The position numbers were made by a program, and so were the translations under genes. From assembly GCA_048189585.1 (NCBI GenBank), contig DBEZHA010000007.1, positions 82,053-146,052 on the forward strand: a DNA stretch of 64,000 bases. The letters are read 5' to 3'. The number at the start of each line of letters is the position of its first letter. Positions within the stretch are counted from its first letter, which is position 1. This DNA is from Collinsella sp. GTDB lineage: Bacteria; Actinomycetota; Coriobacteriia; Coriobacteriales; Coriobacteriaceae. Shown here in pieces: positions 38,458 to 48,718 of the stretch. The notes below the pieces were generated by a model. That model saw only the letters and a list, made by a program, of their open reading frames with translations. It ran no database searches and was not told the DNA's origin.

Positions 38458-38543
38458 GGGATATGTTGCACCGGCAATTTATTTGGTTTTTGAATTTGTG
38501 GATTTGGGGGGGGGTTCCTGGGGACAGGAACGAAAGTTTTATT

Positions 38544-39344
38544 GTGACTGCTAAAGAAGTAACAGAGAATAATGCGCCCGTGGGGGCGACGCTCATTGCT
38601 CGGGCCATGGACCGGCGCAAGGGCACGGCGGGTGCTGGGGTCGGCTCCGCTGCAAACACGGGTGCGGTGAGCCTCCCGGGCTCGCCCGAGTTCGCTGCAG
38701 AGTCCCGTGCGCTCGACACGCGATCGCTTGGCTACCGCTTCGTGAAGCGCACGTTCGACATCGCGTTCAGTGCGTGCGTCTGCGTCGTGGCTCTTATCCC
38801 TGGCACGGTTCTTTGCGCGTTCATTGCGGCCGACACCAAGGGTGCTCCCATCTATGCGCACGAGCGGGCTGGGCGCTTCGGTCGCCCCATCCGCGTGCTC
38901 AAGTTCCGCTCCATGGTCGCCGACGCCAACGACGTGGAGAAGTACCTCAGCCCCGAGCAGATCGAGGAGTGGCACCGCGAGCGGAAGGTCACAAACGATC
39001 CCCGCATCACCAAGCTAGGCCGCGTCCTGCGCAAGACTTCCCTGGACGAGCTGCCCCAGTTCTTCAACGTGCTCGCGGGCCAGCTCTCCGTCATCGGCCC
39101 TCGCGCCATCACCTACGAGGAGCTCGGGAACTTTACGCACGAGCAACAGGTGCAGGTGCTTGCCGTCCCGCAGGGCATTACCGGTGCCTGGCAGTCGGGC
39201 CCGCGCAACCTCGCGACCTTCGAGAACGGCCTGCGCCAGGAGTTCGAGCTTGCCTACGCGAAGGGTGCCAGCCTCAAGGCAGACTGGAAGGTCTTCTTCA
39301 AGACCTTTGGCGTCATGTTCGGCAAGAAGAAGACGGGGAGGTAG
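38544..39344 (+). CDS. Priming sugar-phosphate transferase (Bac_transf family)
   Basis: KRTFDI, KFRSM, DPRITKLGRVLRKTSLDELPQFFNVL, IGPR; start uncertain. Confidence 0.9.
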   Translation: MTAKEVTENNAPVGATLIARAMDRRKGTAGAGVGSAANTGAVSLPGSPEFAAESRALDTRSLGYRFVKRTFDIAFSACVCVVALIPGTVLCAFIAADTKGAPIYAHERAGRFGRPIRVLKFRSMVADANDVEKYLSPEQIEEWHRERKVTNDPRITKLGRVLRKTSLDELPQFFNVLAGQLSVIGPRAITYEELGNFTHEQQVQVLAVPQGITGAWQSGPRNLATFENGLRQEFELAYAKGASLKADWKVFFKTFGVMFGKKKTGR

Positions 39345-39347
39345 CGC

Positions 39348-40265
39348 ATGAGTGCTGACAAACCCCTCGTCTCGATCGTGGTGCCGACCTACAAGCGCTC
39401 TGACAGGATTCGCGTGGCCCTGGACTCAATCGCCGCGCAGGACTACGGCGCGGAGAACATCGAACTGATTGTAGTGAGCGACAATCGGCCGGAGTGGCCG
39501 GAAAGCGCCGAGACCGACGCGGCGGTCGCCCCCTATGCCGCGAGCCTTCCGCACTTTAGGCTGCTGCACACCTCCGGCCAGACCGGCGGCGGGGCGGCGC
39601 GCAACTACGCCTGCCGCCAGGCGACGGGCGAGTACCTCACGTTCCTCGACGATGACGACGAGTTCCTGCCTGACAAGGTGTCCACCCAGGTCGCCTTCAT
39701 GCAGGAAAACTCCCTCGACATGAGCTGGCAGGATGTCTCGTGGTATGACGAACGTGGCCGGCTTGTGGAGCACCGCAGGCTCGACCATTGCGAGGACTTC
39801 TCCACCGAGGGTCTGCTGCGCGCGCACCTCCTAACGCCGATAAGCCCAACGGCCATCTATATGCTCAGGCGCGACCTGTTCGACCGCACTGAGGGTTTCG
39901 GCGAGGTGGCGACCGGCCAAGACTGGTGGCTGATGCTGCGCTGCATAGAGGCTGGCGCCCACATGGGCTACATGCCCGAGGTGCACGTGAGGCAGTACCT
40001 CCATTCCGGCGAGAGGCTCTCGCTTGGCAAGAACAAGGTAAACGGCGAGGTCGCAAGGCACGAGGTGGTGCGCGGCTACTACCCGCGCCTCAGCAAGAAG
40101 GATGTGCGCTACATCGAATTTCGCCACAACGCCGTGCTCGCCTTCGCTATGAAGCGCAGCAACCAGCCAGGCCAGGCTGTGATTTACGCCTTAAAGGCCA
40201 TTGCCTCATCGCCCGCCGCCTGCGTCTCTGAGGCGCTGAAGTTCTTCGGCAAGGCGAAATCCTAA
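39348..40265 (+). CDS. Glycosyltransferase family 2
   Basis: [26 protein letters not shown]. Confidence 0.9.
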   Translation: MSADKPLVSIVVPTYKRSDRIRVALDSIAAQDYGAENIELIVVSDNRPEWPESAETDAAVAPYAASLPHFRLLHTSGQTGGGAARNYACRQATGEYLTFLDDDDEFLPDKVSTQVAFMQENSLDMSWQDVSWYDERGRLVEHRRLDHCEDFSTEGLLRAHLLTPISPTAIYMLRRDLFDRTEGFGEVATGQDWWLMLRCIEAGAHMGYMPEVHVRQYLHSGERLSLGKNKVNGEVARHEVVRGYYPRLSKKDVRYIEFRHNAVLAFAMKRSNQPGQAVIYALKAIASSPAACVSEALKFFGKAKS

Positions 40266-40308
40266 CTATTTCATATGTGTGCCTGCTCTTAACGAAAGGT
40301 TGAATGAT

Positions 40309-41580
40309 ATGTCCGAAAAAATGAAGATAGCAGTCGCCGGCACCGGCTATGTGGGGCTCTCGTTGGCCGTTCTGCTCTCGCAGCACAACGAGGTGCGCGC
40401 GCTCGACATCGTCTCCGAGAAGGTAGAGAAGATTAACGCTTTTCAGTCGCCCATCCAGGACGACGAGATTGAGCTCTTCCTGGCCGAGGCTAAGGCGGGC
40501 ACGAGGAAGCTCGACCTGCATGCAACCGTGGACGTCGCCGAGGCCTATACAGGCGCGGATTTCGCCATCGTGGCCACGCCAACGAACTACGACTCGGACC
40601 GCAACTTTTTCGATACCTCGTCTGTTGAAGCCGCAATTTCGGCAATCCGCTCGGTGAACCCGACGGCCTGGATTGTCATCAAGTCGACCATCCCTGTGGG
40701 TTACACTTCGTCGCTTCGCGAGACGCTTGGCGACAGCCGCATCATCTTCAGCCCCGAGTTCCTTCGAGAGAGCAAGGCGCTCTACGATAATTTGCACCCT
40801 AGCCGCATCGTTGTGGGCGCGCCCAAGGACGACGAGGAAGCTGTGAAGGCCGCAAAGACGTTTGCTGGGCTGCTCGCCCAAGGCGTCGGCCCCGCCGAGC
40901 TTGAGCGCACCAACCCTGATGGCACGACGGGCATCCCGCAGCTCGTTCTTGGTACCACCGAGGCGGAGGCCGTGAAGCTGTTCGCCAACACCTACCTGGC
41001 ACTTCGCGTGGCGTACTTCAATGAGCTGGACACTTACTGCGAGATGAGGGGACTCAACACCAAGGACGTCATCGATGGCGTGTGCCTAGAGCCCCGCATT
41101 GGCTCCCACTACAACAACCCCTCCTTCGGCTACGGCGGCTACTGCCTGCCCAAGGACACCAAGCAGTTGCTGGCCAACTATAAGGACGTGCCTCAGAACC
41201 TTATCGAGGCCATCGTCGATGCCAACCGCACTCGCAAGGACTACATTGCAGACGAGGTACTGCAACTGCTGTGGGACAAGGTATACGAAGGCAAGGAGAA
41301 GCCCGTGGCGGGCGTGTACCGCCTGACCATGAAGTCGAACTCCGACAATTTCCGCGCCAGTTCCATCCAGGGCGTTATGAAGCGCGTGAAGGCCAAGGGA
41401 GTGCCGGTCGTTGTCTACGAGCCAACGCTGGACGCGCCGGAATTCTTCGGTTCCGAGGTGACGCATGACCTTGAGAAGTTCAAGGCCGAGTGCGACGTGA
41501 TCATTGCCAACCGGTGGAGCGACGATCTGGCCGATGTTGCCGGCAAGGTGTATACCCGCGACCTATTCAAGAGGGATTAG
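40309..41580 (+). CDS. ugd: UDP-glucose 6-dehydrogenase
   Basis: [43 protein letters not shown]. Confidence 0.95.
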   Translation: MSEKMKIAVAGTGYVGLSLAVLLSQHNEVRALDIVSEKVEKINAFQSPIQDDEIELFLAEAKAGTRKLDLHATVDVAEAYTGADFAIVATPTNYDSDRNFFDTSSVEAAISAIRSVNPTAWIVIKSTIPVGYTSSLRETLGDSRIIFSPEFLRESKALYDNLHPSRIVVGAPKDDEEAVKAAKTFAGLLAQGVGPAELERTNPDGTTGIPQLVLGTTEAEAVKLFANTYLALRVAYFNELDTYCEMRGLNTKDVIDGVCLEPRIGSHYNNPSFGYGGYCLPKDTKQLLANYKDVPQNLIEAIVDANRTRKDYIADEVLQLLWDKVYEGKEKPVAGVYRLTMKSNSDNFRASSIQGVMKRVKAKGVPVVVYEPTLDAPEFFGSEVTHDLEKFKAECDVIIANRWSDDLADVAGKVYTRDLFKRD

Positions 41581-41585
41581 TATTT

Positions 41586-42878
41586 GTGGCGATTACTGCT
41601 GATAAAAAAAAGAGACGGCTGCTCCTTCTGACGAGGAGGTTCCCCTTTAACCGCGGCGAGGTCGCCGCTGAGTCCTATCTCGAGAACGAGATAGGCGTTC
41701 TTTCGACCTATTTCGACGAGGTGCTCGCCGTGGGGACCGAGGCGCAGCCGGGTGACGCGCCCACCTGCGCGCTGCCGGGCAATGTGACGCCCCTGGCCTT
41801 GGGTTGCGGTAATACCTCCAAGGACAAGGCTTTGCTTGCAGTCAAAGGGATCGCGTTTCCCCTTTTGGGCGGTGCGGACGTTCGTGAGGCCTATGCCACA
41901 GAATCCGTTCATGGAATCGGAAAGCGCGTGTTTCGGGGCTACTTTGCCGCGAGGGCGAAGGCAAAGGCGGACGTGCTTGCGGAGGAACTGGTCCGCTTTG
42001 GCTTTGAGCCCACGCACATATACAGCTTTTGGCTTTACGACACCGCTTTGGTCGCTGCTTGGCTGACCGGCACGTACCCATGTGCACGCGCCGTTGCGCG
42101 TGCACATGGGTACGATCTGTATGCAGATCGTACCGATGTGCATTATTTGCCCTTCCGGGGATACCTCCTATCCAAGCTTTCCGGAGTGCTTCCCTGCTCG
42201 AAAGACGGGGAGGAATACATAAACGCGAACTGGCCGGGCCATGAGGGCAAGGTGACGACCTCCTATCTCGGAACGCGGGAGATGCCAGACAAGTCCGGCG
42301 AGCCGTTGACCTGCCCGTTGCGGGTCGTCTCGTGCTCGCGTATTGTCGACGTTAAGCGCGTGCCTCTTCTTGCTAAGGCTGTCACCCTTCTTGATGCCGA
42401 AGGGCTTCGCGTCGAATGGACCCATTACGGCGACGGCCCACAGCTCGAGGAGGCGAGGGCCGCCTGCTCGTTGCTGACGCACTCCACCGCGAAGTTCGCG
42501 GGGGCTTTGCCGAACGACGCGCTTTTGGGGGAGTACGCAGCGAAGCATTTCGACGTCTTCGTGAACGTCTCGTCAAGCGAGGGCCTGCCGCTTTCGATCA
42601 TGGAGGCCTGCGGATTCGGCATTCCCGTCATCGCCACGGACGTTGGCGGAACCCACGAGATAGTAAGCGATGGCGTCAACGGCTTTCTCCTACCTAGCGA
42701 CTGTGGACCGGAAGATGTCGCCGCGGCCATAAAGCGATTCGTCTTTTTGGGCAAGGCCGAAGGGTCTTCTATGAGGCGCGCTGCAAGGGCCGTTTGGGAG
42801 AGGGACTTCCGTTTGGAGGCCAACGTGGAGGGGCTTGTGCGCTCGCTCGGAGTCGATTACAGAAACGAAGGTGAATGA
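41586..42878 (+). CDS. Glycosyltransferase family 4
   Basis: RAHGYDLY, VKRV, SSSEGLPLSIMEA, IATDVGG; GTG start after ugd. Confidence 0.88.
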   Translation: MAITADKKKRRLLLLTRRFPFNRGEVAAESYLENEIGVLSTYFDEVLAVGTEAQPGDAPTCALPGNVTPLALGCGNTSKDKALLAVKGIAFPLLGGADVREAYATESVHGIGKRVFRGYFAARAKAKADVLAEELVRFGFEPTHIYSFWLYDTALVAAWLTGTYPCARAVARAHGYDLYADRTDVHYLPFRGYLLSKLSGVLPCSKDGEEYINANWPGHEGKVTTSYLGTREMPDKSGEPLTCPLRVVSCSRIVDVKRVPLLAKAVTLLDAEGLRVEWTHYGDGPQLEEARAACSLLTHSTAKFAGALPNDALLGEYAAKHFDVFVNVSSSEGLPLSIMEACGFGIPVIATDVGGTHEIVSDGVNGFLLPSDCGPEDVAAAIKRFVFLGKAEGSSMRRAARAVWERDFRLEANVEGLVRSLGVDYRNEGE

Positions 42879-43825
42879 TGGGCCAGATTGCGCAGAAGAT
42901 GACCATGCTCAAAAGGTGGAGCAAAATGCTCACTGGCAAGACGGCTGTGGCCGTAGAGCAGAGCATGGGCAGGGCCTATAATGTCGGACAGTTGTCCGGG
43001 TACTACAACGATTTGACCGGCAAGGTCACTGGCAGTACTCTGCTCGACGAGGGCGGTGTCCCTGTTAGCGTCATCGCCGGTGGGGCGCGGGTGCATTTCC
43101 CCATCGCCATTTTCCAATACGGTTTGGGCTGTTACGACTTGAGCATTCTCAGGTCGGATGAAGTTGAGCGCTTTCTCGACGCACTAAGGGTATGCTCGGA
43201 TTGGGCGATCGGCGCCCAGCGGGATGACGGCTCTTGGGACGCATTTGGTCCGATAGGCAGCGCTAAGTACTCCGTCTCCTCGATGGCCCAAGGCGAGGGG
43301 TGCTCGATGCTGCTGAGGGCCCATGCGGCTTTCGGGGACGAGTGCTATAGAGTTGCGGCGCTGAAAGCTGCCGAGTTCATGCTTATCGACATGGACAATG
43401 GCGGCGTGTCGTCGCATGACGGGGGAGAACTGTTCCTGGAGGAGTACCCTCAACGCCCCAGGCGCAGTGTCATGAACGGTTGGGTGTTTAGCCTTTTCGG
43501 TCTCTATGACGCATCGTTGGTCGACGCGCGCTTCGCCGGGCCATTCAAGCACTCTGCGGAGACGTTGGCTTGCCATTTGGATGACTACGACGCCGGCTTC
43601 TGGTCTTATTACGACATGGAAAAGCGTATCGCCTCTCCCGCCTACCATCATCTACATATAGCGCAGCTCCGCGCAATGGCGGATCTTTCAGGCGACGCAA
43701 GGTTCGCGGTGAAGGCCGAGGTATACGAGCGCTATCAGGAATCTCCGGCCAACCGCAGGAAGGCGATTGCTAAAAAGGCGCTGCAGAAGCTGATCGAGAA
43801 ATCCGATGCGGTGATCGTCCAATGA
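42875..43825 (+). CDS. D-glucuronyl C5-epimerase family protein
   Basis: SSMAQGE, LEEYP, VMNGWVFSLFGLYD, WSYYD and YHHLHIAQL match the C5-epimerase C-terminal domain. Confidence 0.85.
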   Translation: MMGQIAQKMTMLKRWSKMLTGKTAVAVEQSMGRAYNVGQLSGYYNDLTGKVTGSTLLDEGGVPVSVIAGGARVHFPIAIFQYGLGCYDLSILRSDEVERFLDALRVCSDWAIGAQRDDGSWDAFGPIGSAKYSVSSMAQGEGCSMLLRAHAAFGDECYRVAALKAAEFMLIDMDNGGVSSHDGGELFLEEYPQRPRRSVMNGWVFSLFGLYDASLVDARFAGPFKHSAETLACHLDDYDAGFWSYYDMEKRIASPAYHHLHIAQLRAMADLSGDARFAVKAEVYERYQESPANRRKAIAKKALQKLIEKSDAVIVQ

Positions 43826-44925
43826 AGAAGGCCCTCTATATCGTGACCTCGATGGACACCGGCGGGGCCGAGACGGTATTCATGAAGTATTACCGGGCTT
43901 TGGACAAGTCGCGCTATCAGCTCGACTTCTGTGTGTCGTCCGACGTGCCGGGCTTTTACGACGCCGAAATCGAGTCGATGGGCGGCAGAATTGTGCACAC
44001 AGTCAAGAAGACCGAGGCCGGGCCGGTCGCTTCGTTCAAGCGGCTCATGCAGATAGCCCGGGACGGCGGTTATTGCTGTGCTGTCAGGTCGTCTCAGCAC
44101 AGTCTTTCCTGTCTTGATTTGCTCGCCATGAGATTCGGAGGCGTGTCCAGAACCATATTCAGGTCAAGCAACACGGGTACAGTTTCGAACAGCAAAAAGG
44201 AGACCCTGCTGCACAATCTTTTCAAGCCCCTTGTCAGGGTTGCGGCGACCGACTTCGCCGCCCCGTCTACCGAGGCGGGCGTCTACATGTTCGGCAAGGC
44301 GGGGGTATCGGGGCCGCGTTTCCATCTCATGAAGAACGCGCTCAACCTCGAGGACTACGCCTATGACGCTTCGACACGGGACGATGTTAAGCGCGAACTG
44401 GGCGTTCCTGCCGAGTCCTATGTCGTCGGGCACGTCGGGAGGTTCAGTGAGCAGAAGAACCACCTCTTCCTTGTCGATGTTTTTGCTGAAATCGCCCGGA
44501 GAAGGCCAGACGCCGTCCTCATTCTCGTCGGCAAAGGCGAGACACGCACGGCCGTTGAGAGGCGCGTTGCCGAGCTCGGATTGACCGATAGGGTGGTGTT
44601 TGCCGGGGTTAGGAGCGATGTCCGCCGTCTCTATTCGGCTATGGACGTCTTCATCTTCCCCTCTGTCTACGAAGGCCTGCCGAACGTCGTCGTCGAGGCG
44701 CAGGCAAACGGACTCCCTTGCGTGATTAGCGACTCCATCACGCGGGAGGTTGGCATTTGCGAGAACGTCGTTTACAAAAGTCTGGGCGACGCTCTGGACG
44801 AATGGGCCGACGCCGCGCTCTCCGCGGATCGCATAGGGTCAAGCGCCAGTGCGAGGGATTTGAAAGGCTCGGGCTATGAAATCAATTCGGAGCTTCCCGG
44901 TTTCGTGAGGCTGGTATTCGGATGA
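43822..44925 (+). CDS. Glycosyltransferase family 4 (EpsF-like)
   Basis: GGAET, GHVGRFSEQKNH, PSVYEGLPNVVVEAQANGLPC. Confidence 0.9.
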   Translation: MKKALYIVTSMDTGGAETVFMKYYRALDKSRYQLDFCVSSDVPGFYDAEIESMGGRIVHTVKKTEAGPVASFKRLMQIARDGGYCCAVRSSQHSLSCLDLLAMRFGGVSRTIFRSSNTGTVSNSKKETLLHNLFKPLVRVAATDFAAPSTEAGVYMFGKAGVSGPRFHLMKNALNLEDYAYDASTRDDVKRELGVPAESYVVGHVGRFSEQKNHLFLVDVFAEIARRRPDAVLILVGKGETRTAVERRVAELGLTDRVVFAGVRSDVRRLYSAMDVFIFPSVYEGLPNVVVEAQANGLPCVISDSITREVGICENVVYKSLGDALDEWADAALSADRIGSSASARDLKGSGYEINSELPGFVRLVFG

Positions 44926-46010
44926 ACTTTATCGAAACATCGCTTTTCTACTTTCTTGTCGTTTTGCTTTCAGCGGCGCTTGCGCGCATGTCGGAAAACG
45001 GCAAAAGTAAGGCTGGGCTGGTCGCTGCCGTGGTTCTTCTTACCGCCGTCGGGGGCTTGAGGTCGTATGCGGTTGGGCAGGATACCCTGGGTTATAAAGA
45101 GGGAATCGAGTACTTCTACGCGTATGGGACCACGATGTGGAACCATACGTTCAGCGTTCCGTACGGTGTCTTCACAAGTGCGGTGCTCCATATCTGTAAC
45201 AATTACTCGTTCTTGCTCGTCGTCGAGTCGCTGATCACCAACGCCTTTTTTGCTTTCAGGCTTTGGGATTTTAGACGAACGGCATCGCTCTCGTTTGCGA
45301 TGTTCGTCTATACGGCAACGGTGTTCCCGCTGTCTATGTGTCTGACGTGCCAGATGATTGCAGTCTCGCTGGTTTTCTACGCAACCAGGTTTTTAGAACA
45401 GAATAAGCCGTTGCTTTTTTGCGCTTGGTGGGCTGTTGGCGCTCTTTTGCACGCGTCCGCCCTGATAGGGGTCCTATTCCTCATCTACTACCTATTTTCC
45501 AACAAAAGCAAGAGCCGATCGCAGTTCGCCGCGAAGATGCTTGCATCGGTTGCCCTGCTGTTCCTGGCAGCTTATGCGGGCTCTAAGCTCGTCGACCGGT
45601 ATGCGCGTTACTCCGTGAACGAATCGAGCATCGGGTTGATGGTTTTTGCGCAGGCGACCGTCCTCGCGATCGCATATTTCGTCAGCCGCGAAACTGCGAA
45701 TGTTGCCCCGGTTGAGAGCGACGGAACGTCGCGGCTCAAAGCCAACCGGATGCCGCTCGTGTTTTACGCTTTAGGCATTTTGGCTTCGGCGTCCTCTTAT
45801 GTGATTGCCAACGCCGGCCGCATAGCCTATTACTTCACCGTATTAGGCCCCGTGATTTTCGGAGGCTTCGTGAAGGACGCTCGGAAAATAAAAGCCCGTT
45901 TTTGTCTTGGCTGTTTTCTAGTTGTCTGGTTCCTTTTCTACGCCTTTTATGCCTATCTGCTTCATACCGGGCTTGGTATCGAGTCTTATTCGTTCGTCTG
46001 GATGGGGTAA
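44922..46010 (+). CDS. wzy: Polysaccharide polymerase (Wzy, EpsG family)
   Basis: About 10 TM segments; GLRSYAVGQDT, HASA and RIAYYF are typical of EpsG. Confidence 0.78.
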   Translation: MNFIETSLFYFLVVLLSAALARMSENGKSKAGLVAAVVLLTAVGGLRSYAVGQDTLGYKEGIEYFYAYGTTMWNHTFSVPYGVFTSAVLHICNNYSFLLVVESLITNAFFAFRLWDFRRTASLSFAMFVYTATVFPLSMCLTCQMIAVSLVFYATRFLEQNKPLLFCAWWAVGALLHASALIGVLFLIYYLFSNKSKSRSQFAAKMLASVALLFLAAYAGSKLVDRYARYSVNESSIGLMVFAQATVLAIAYFVSRETANVAPVESDGTSRLKANRMPLVFYALGILASASSYVIANAGRIAYYFTVLGPVIFGGFVKDARKIKARFCLGCFLVVWFLFYAFYAYLLHTGLGIESYSFVWMG

Positions 46011-46153
46011 ATAGTGCCCGAAACCGTTTCGGGCATATACGAGCAAAGTCTACGTTGGTGGTTTGCATACGCCCAGGGCTTGTTCCATGTGTAGCGCAGA
46101 GAATTAAAAAGTAAAACGCTTTGTTTAAGCTCGGACTTAAGGAAATTGTATAT

Positions 46154-47101
46154 ATGGATAGCAAAATTAAAAAATACCTAAGTGACCCGTGGATGGCCTA
46201 CTGTGCCTTTACGTCGAAGGGTCTAACGAAATGGGTTTCCGACAGGACGCACCTTCGATTGATGCATCGCGCCAAGTTGGGCATGTGGCCTAGCATAGAC
46301 TCGCCGGTGACCTTCACTGAGAAGATGCAGTGGCTGAAGCTTAACGATCACAACCCTGCGTACACGACCATGGTCGACAAGTACCGCGCTAAGGACCTCA
46401 TTGCCTCGCGTGTGGGCTCCGAGCACGTGGTCAAGACGTTGGGCGCCTGGAATTCCGCTGATGACATCGATGTGAGTGGGCTACCGGAGAAGTTCGTACT
46501 CAAAACGAATCACGACTGCGGCGGCGTGCTCATCTGCACTGACAAGGGACACTTCGATCTCAACAGTGCCAAGGACTTTTTTCGGGGTCATTTGAAGCAG
46601 AATTATTTTTACGGGTGCAGGGAATGGCCTTACAAGAACGTGAAGCCCGTCGTGTTCGCCGAGGAGTTCTTGGAGAGCGAGGGCGATAATGCCCGTGATG
46701 AAGACGATAACTGGGAAGGCATCGACGAGTTCGACTTCTTCTGCTTTGACGGGGAACCCCGGCTGATTTCTTATTGCCACGGGGACAAGAACGATTCTGA
46801 GAAGAGGTACAACGATTTCTACGACACTGAGTGGAATCTGCTGCCTTTGGCGATGGGATACGCGAGTTCCGAAGAGACGATCCCTGCCCCGGAGCAGCTC
46901 AGCGAGATGCTCGAGCTATCAAGGAAACTGAGTGACGGTGTACCTTTCTTGAGGGTCGACCTCTTCATCTGCAAGGGGCGCGTTCTCGTCGGCGAGCTGA
47001 CTTTCTACCCGTGGGGCGGGTTTACGCCTTTCAGCCCCGCTGAGGCGGAGAGGACGTTGGGGCAAATGGTTTCTTTGCCCCAACGTGAAAACGAGGAATG
47101 A
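46154..47101 (+). CDS. TupA-like ATP-grasp protein
   Basis: TFTEKMQWLKL, VDKY, LPEKFVLKTNH, REWPYKNVKP, FLRVDL, GELTFYP. Confidence 0.85.
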   Translation: MDSKIKKYLSDPWMAYCAFTSKGLTKWVSDRTHLRLMHRAKLGMWPSIDSPVTFTEKMQWLKLNDHNPAYTTMVDKYRAKDLIASRVGSEHVVKTLGAWNSADDIDVSGLPEKFVLKTNHDCGGVLICTDKGHFDLNSAKDFFRGHLKQNYFYGCREWPYKNVKPVVFAEEFLESEGDNARDEDDNWEGIDEFDFFCFDGEPRLISYCHGDKNDSEKRYNDFYDTEWNLLPLAMGYASSEETIPAPEQLSEMLELSRKLSDGVPFLRVDLFICKGRVLVGELTFYPWGGFTPFSPAEAERTLGQMVSLPQRENEE

Positions 47102-47185
47102 TGGCAAACGAAAGCTGCATTCAGTGCGTGCGCATGGATAATCAGCCAGTAAGCGCGCTCCGGCGTTTCTTCATGGAGGTTTAGT

Positions 47186-48652
47186 ATGTCCGACACAAAA
47201 GACCTCCGGGCGAGGTCGGCAAGCGCGGCAAAGTGGTCTCTGGCAACCGAGATTATCGCCAAAATCATCTCGCCTATCTCGCAGCTCGTCTTAGCGAGGC
47301 TGCTGGCGCCAGAGGCGTTTGGCATGGTGGCGACCGTCACCATGGTAGTGAGCTTTGCCGACATGTTCGCGGACGCCGGGTTCCAGAAGTACCTGGTGCA
47401 ACACAGCTTCCGAGACAAAAAAGACCTGCATGCCAACGCTAACGTGGCCTTTTGGACGAACTTCGGCATATCGGTGGTCCTGTGGTGTCTCATTGCCATA
47501 TTCAACGATCCGGTGGCCACCTTCGTGGGCAATCCGTCGCTGGGCTTTCCCTTGGCCGTGGCCTGCCTCTCTCTCCCGTTGACGTCGTTTTCGAGCATTC
47601 AGATGGCGTTGTTCCACCGTAATCTCGATTTCAAGTCGCTTATGCCGGTGAGACTGACGTCGACCTTACTTAACTTCGGCTCGACGCTTGTACTGGCGTT
47701 TATGGGATTTGGTTACTGGTCACTTATCGTTGGCACTTTGGCGGCGAATATTGTAAATGCAGTGGGGCTGACTCTGCTGTCTGAGTGGAAGCCGCGTTTT
47801 TTCTACTCCTTCAACATGCTGAAGGCTATGTTCTCATTCAGCGGATGGACGCTTTTGGAGTCGTTCACCATATGGCTTTCCTCTTGGGCGGGCACCTTTA
47901 TCGTGGGGCATTTCCTGGGTGCGGCTGAGTTGGGATATTACAAGACGCCAGTCACCTTTGTGAGCGGATGCTTCGGGATTATCACGAACGCTACGACGCC
48001 CATCTTGTTCTCGTCACTTTCGCGCCTTCAGTTTGATCGGGAAGAATACGTTGCTTATCTGCGACGCTTCCAGTTCATGGTGGCATTGTTCCTGTTGCCG
48101 TTGTCTGCGGGTATCTTCGTATTCCGCGAGCCTTTGGTGGCCCTGTTGCTCGGCGATCAGTGGGGCGAGGCGACGCTCATGTTCGGGTTGTATGGGCTGG
48201 TGCAGGGGCCGATGGTGCTGCTCTCATACTACAGCAGCGAGATGTATCGCTCTCTTGGTAAACCGCGCGTGTCTACGCTTGTGCAGGTGATGTACCTCGT
48301 GTTGATGACGCCGCTTATGACCGTGGCGGCTATGCAAGGGTTCGATGCCGTCGTGTGGGCTGATGCGGGATTGAGAATCCTTTTGATTGCTATCAACCAA
48401 GTGGTCACATATTTCGTGGTTGGCCTTTCGTTTGGGCGCACTATGTTGTCGCTCAAGGAGCCCATTTTCTGCACATCGATGATGTGCGCATTTGCATGGG
48501 TGACGTATGGACTCGCATCTAGCAACTGGCTTGGCGTCGGGTTGGACATTGTAGGGTGCGTCGTTGTCTATTTCGCGATTTGCTTTGCTTTGCCCAAGAG
48601 TAGGAGGGTGCTGCTGAAGCTGGTCAAGGGCGGCGGCTTTAAAACGTTTTGA
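47186..48652 (+). CDS. wzx: Polysaccharide flippase (Wzx)
   Basis: LARLLAPEAFG, GFGYWSL, LGYY, LLLGDQW; about 12-14 TM segments. Confidence 0.9.
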   Translation: MSDTKDLRARSASAAKWSLATEIIAKIISPISQLVLARLLAPEAFGMVATVTMVVSFADMFADAGFQKYLVQHSFRDKKDLHANANVAFWTNFGISVVLWCLIAIFNDPVATFVGNPSLGFPLAVACLSLPLTSFSSIQMALFHRNLDFKSLMPVRLTSTLLNFGSTLVLAFMGFGYWSLIVGTLAANIVNAVGLTLLSEWKPRFFYSFNMLKAMFSFSGWTLLESFTIWLSSWAGTFIVGHFLGAAELGYYKTPVTFVSGCFGIITNATTPILFSSLSRLQFDREEYVAYLRRFQFMVALFLLPLSAGIFVFREPLVALLLGDQWGEATLMFGLYGLVQGPMVLLSYYSSEMYRSLGKPRVSTLVQVMYLVLMTPLMTVAAMQGFDAVVWADAGLRILLIAINQVVTYFVVGLSFGRTMLSLKEPIFCTSMMCAFAWVTYGLASSNWLGVGLDIVGCVVVYFAICFALPKSRRVLLKLVKGGGFKTF

Positions 48653-48718
48653 GGTCTGTAATTAACTTGTTGGGAGTTCCATCTCAGGACTTCCTTAAAA
48701 CGAAAGAGTGGGGTATAT

